Origin: the human T2T-CHM13v2.0 reference genome, Homo sapiens
DNA length: 64,000 bases
Reading direction: 5' to 3' (one strand)
Assembly (NCBI RefSeq): GCF_009914755.1
Contig: NC_060940.1
The position numbers were made by a program, and so were the translations under genes. Each line of letters opens with the position of its first letter. Positions within the stretch are counted from its first letter, which is position 1. This document shows positions 61,047 through 64,000 of the stretch, in pieces. A model generated the notes under the pieces. That model made no database searches. It had not been told where the DNA came from and saw only the letters and a program-made list of their open reading frames with translations.

Positions 61047-62851
61047 TAGAGAATTTCTTGACTGGCCCAAGTTCACCCTTCTCTCCGCCTATGTAGCACT
61101 TATAGCCATTTGTTCCAGGGTTGGCTTAATTCTCTATTATGAGCTACTTGAGAAGACACATAGTTTCCTACACATCCTTGTAGCATCCCTGGTACCTAAT
61201 GAACTGCTGGCCACAGAGCTGGCATACACGTGGCATTGGTTGTACTAGCCTAGACTGCTAATTGGCAGGAAGACCCCTTACACCTAGGAATTTGAGGCTG
61301 TAGGGTCTTCTGAGGCTGAGGTTGAGGCATCTAGGGTTTTGTTTTTGAGCATCTCTGGGAAGCCTTGGACTCATCAAACTCTAAGGCAGACCAAAATCAC
61401 TGAAGAACAAGGGAGAGAGAAAAGGCATGGAAGTCCCGATTTGTGAGAGAAAGTCTGCTCCATTCTGAGTTCTGTGTCTGCAGTATACAGGCAGGCCTGG
61501 TGTTTGGCGTCTGTATAATCCACACCAGCCACCTACAAAGGCCTGGAAAAAAGCAAGTGCCCCTCTAAGGGCTTGTCGTGTTTTCCCAGACACCCTCATT
61601 ACATGCTGCTGCTTTCAGTGACGCCACTGGCTGACCTCGGAGATGAAAAGAAATCGCCTCCGAGTCCCAGAATAACAGCTCCCTCCTCAGCAGTCTTTCC
61701 CCTCTGCTGACCTGCTGTACCAGCGTGTAGTGCTGGGGGGGCAGCTTTAAGGGTAACACGACTGGTATTTACCTGCTCCACTGGCTTTCTCTTTCTTAGA
61801 GACAGAAGCACACGGAGTTATTTCTGAAGCACTAGATCCCCTGAGTGCCAAGAGGATAGAGCAACTACAGGCAGTATTTGTGCATTCTAAGCTCAACTCA
61901 GCAGCAATTCCCAAAGCTGCCTTTTATGGGAAATTGCTATGTTTCAACAGGAATTTGAAGAAAGGCCCACAAAATATTAAAAGGCATCTTCTGTATCTGG
62001 AAATGGAGTGTATCAAGGGCAGCTGTCACCTGCACTGCAGTGGCCTCCTTGTGTACCAGCTCCCTGGAAGATGAGTCAGATTCTAAGGTAGCACAGAAAA
62101 TTCACAGGTGTGAGTCAAGCCTGCTCCAGGACTGGTTAAAACCAACCAAAGGGAATGATTTGGTGGCTCCAAAAGTGAATCGCAGATTGTGTAACATCAA
62201 AAGGTTGAAAACCCCAAAATGCAACAACATAAGGCAGAAAGGCTCCAACTCTCTACCTCCTATGGATGATTAGAAAAAAAACATGAATTGCATTTTGGCT
62301 TTACATGTGTAAGAGGAAAAAAAATCAGGATTTGAAAGATGGATAAGAGAAAGTAATGATATAAGAAAATATTATAGGCAACAACAACAACAAAAGCATA
62401 TTCAAAGTCCCAAATGCATGAAGGAACCCAGTATATACATTCATGGAGTTGCAAATCACTTGCATGGTGGGCTACAGGGTGTATAAGAGGGAAGAAAGGA
62501 GGTTAAAACCAAGGACAGTTAACTAGATGCTAACACTTTCCTTAAGCATGACAGAAGCCCATAGAATCCCAGCCGACTCCATCTCCATATACACACTAAG
62601 ATCTAAGTTTCTTGAGTACAGAAAATATTTTTTCTCTTGTTTATGATGGACTCCAAGCATCAAGGATAGGGCCTGGTACACAGTAGGCACTTAATAACTA
62701 TTTGTTGAATAAAAAAATGAATAGACGAACCATGAAGTCAGGGCTCCGGTGGATCAACTGAAGGATCAATACAAGAGGTGATCAATAAGCAATGGATATT
62801 GTTATTATAATTGGTATTCATGTCAGGGGGTTAAATATGAAAGCTCAGTGA

Positions 62852-63197
<346 letters not shown>

Positions 63198-63204
63198 CGG
63201 ATTT

Positions 63205-63976
<772 letters not shown>

Positions 63977-64000
63977 AGTCTCGTTCTCTCGCCCAGGCTG

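Overview
Primate (almost certainly human) genomic DNA lying entirely inside GRIN2A (NMDA receptor subunit GluN2A), transcribed on the minus strand. Five consecutive coding exons were delimited by GT-AG boundaries: 25966-25761 (206 nt), 16614-16446 (169), 16310-16157 (154), 9740-9615 (126) and 5165-4936 (230). They splice into one 885-nt frame of 295 codons (about V375-K669: end of ATD, S1 glutamate-binding segment, M1, M2 pore loop, M3 SYTANLAAF). Flanking exons lie outside the window. The rest is intron: about 23 Alu pieces, L1/L2/MIR relics, solo LTRs (THE1C-like, LTR18B-like, MLT1), MER58/MER5, a MADE1 and microsatellites. The other ORFs in the track look spurious. I found no new gene or multi-gene system. 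The most unusual signals are structural: (i) a ~1 kb minisatellite of perfect 24-bp AT palindromes with 7-nt spacers, ~560 bp from an exon donor; (ii) three short non-tandem direct duplications of different ages (104/105, ~92%, ~80-86% identity) that look like local templated insertions; (iii) a fold-back Alu and a palindrome at an AluY insertion site; (iv) a sense-oriented THE1 LTR poly(A) signal just behind a weak splice donor. Repeat subfamily names come from recalled consensus sequences and need RepeatMasker/Dfam confirmation. Identity values were counted by eye.
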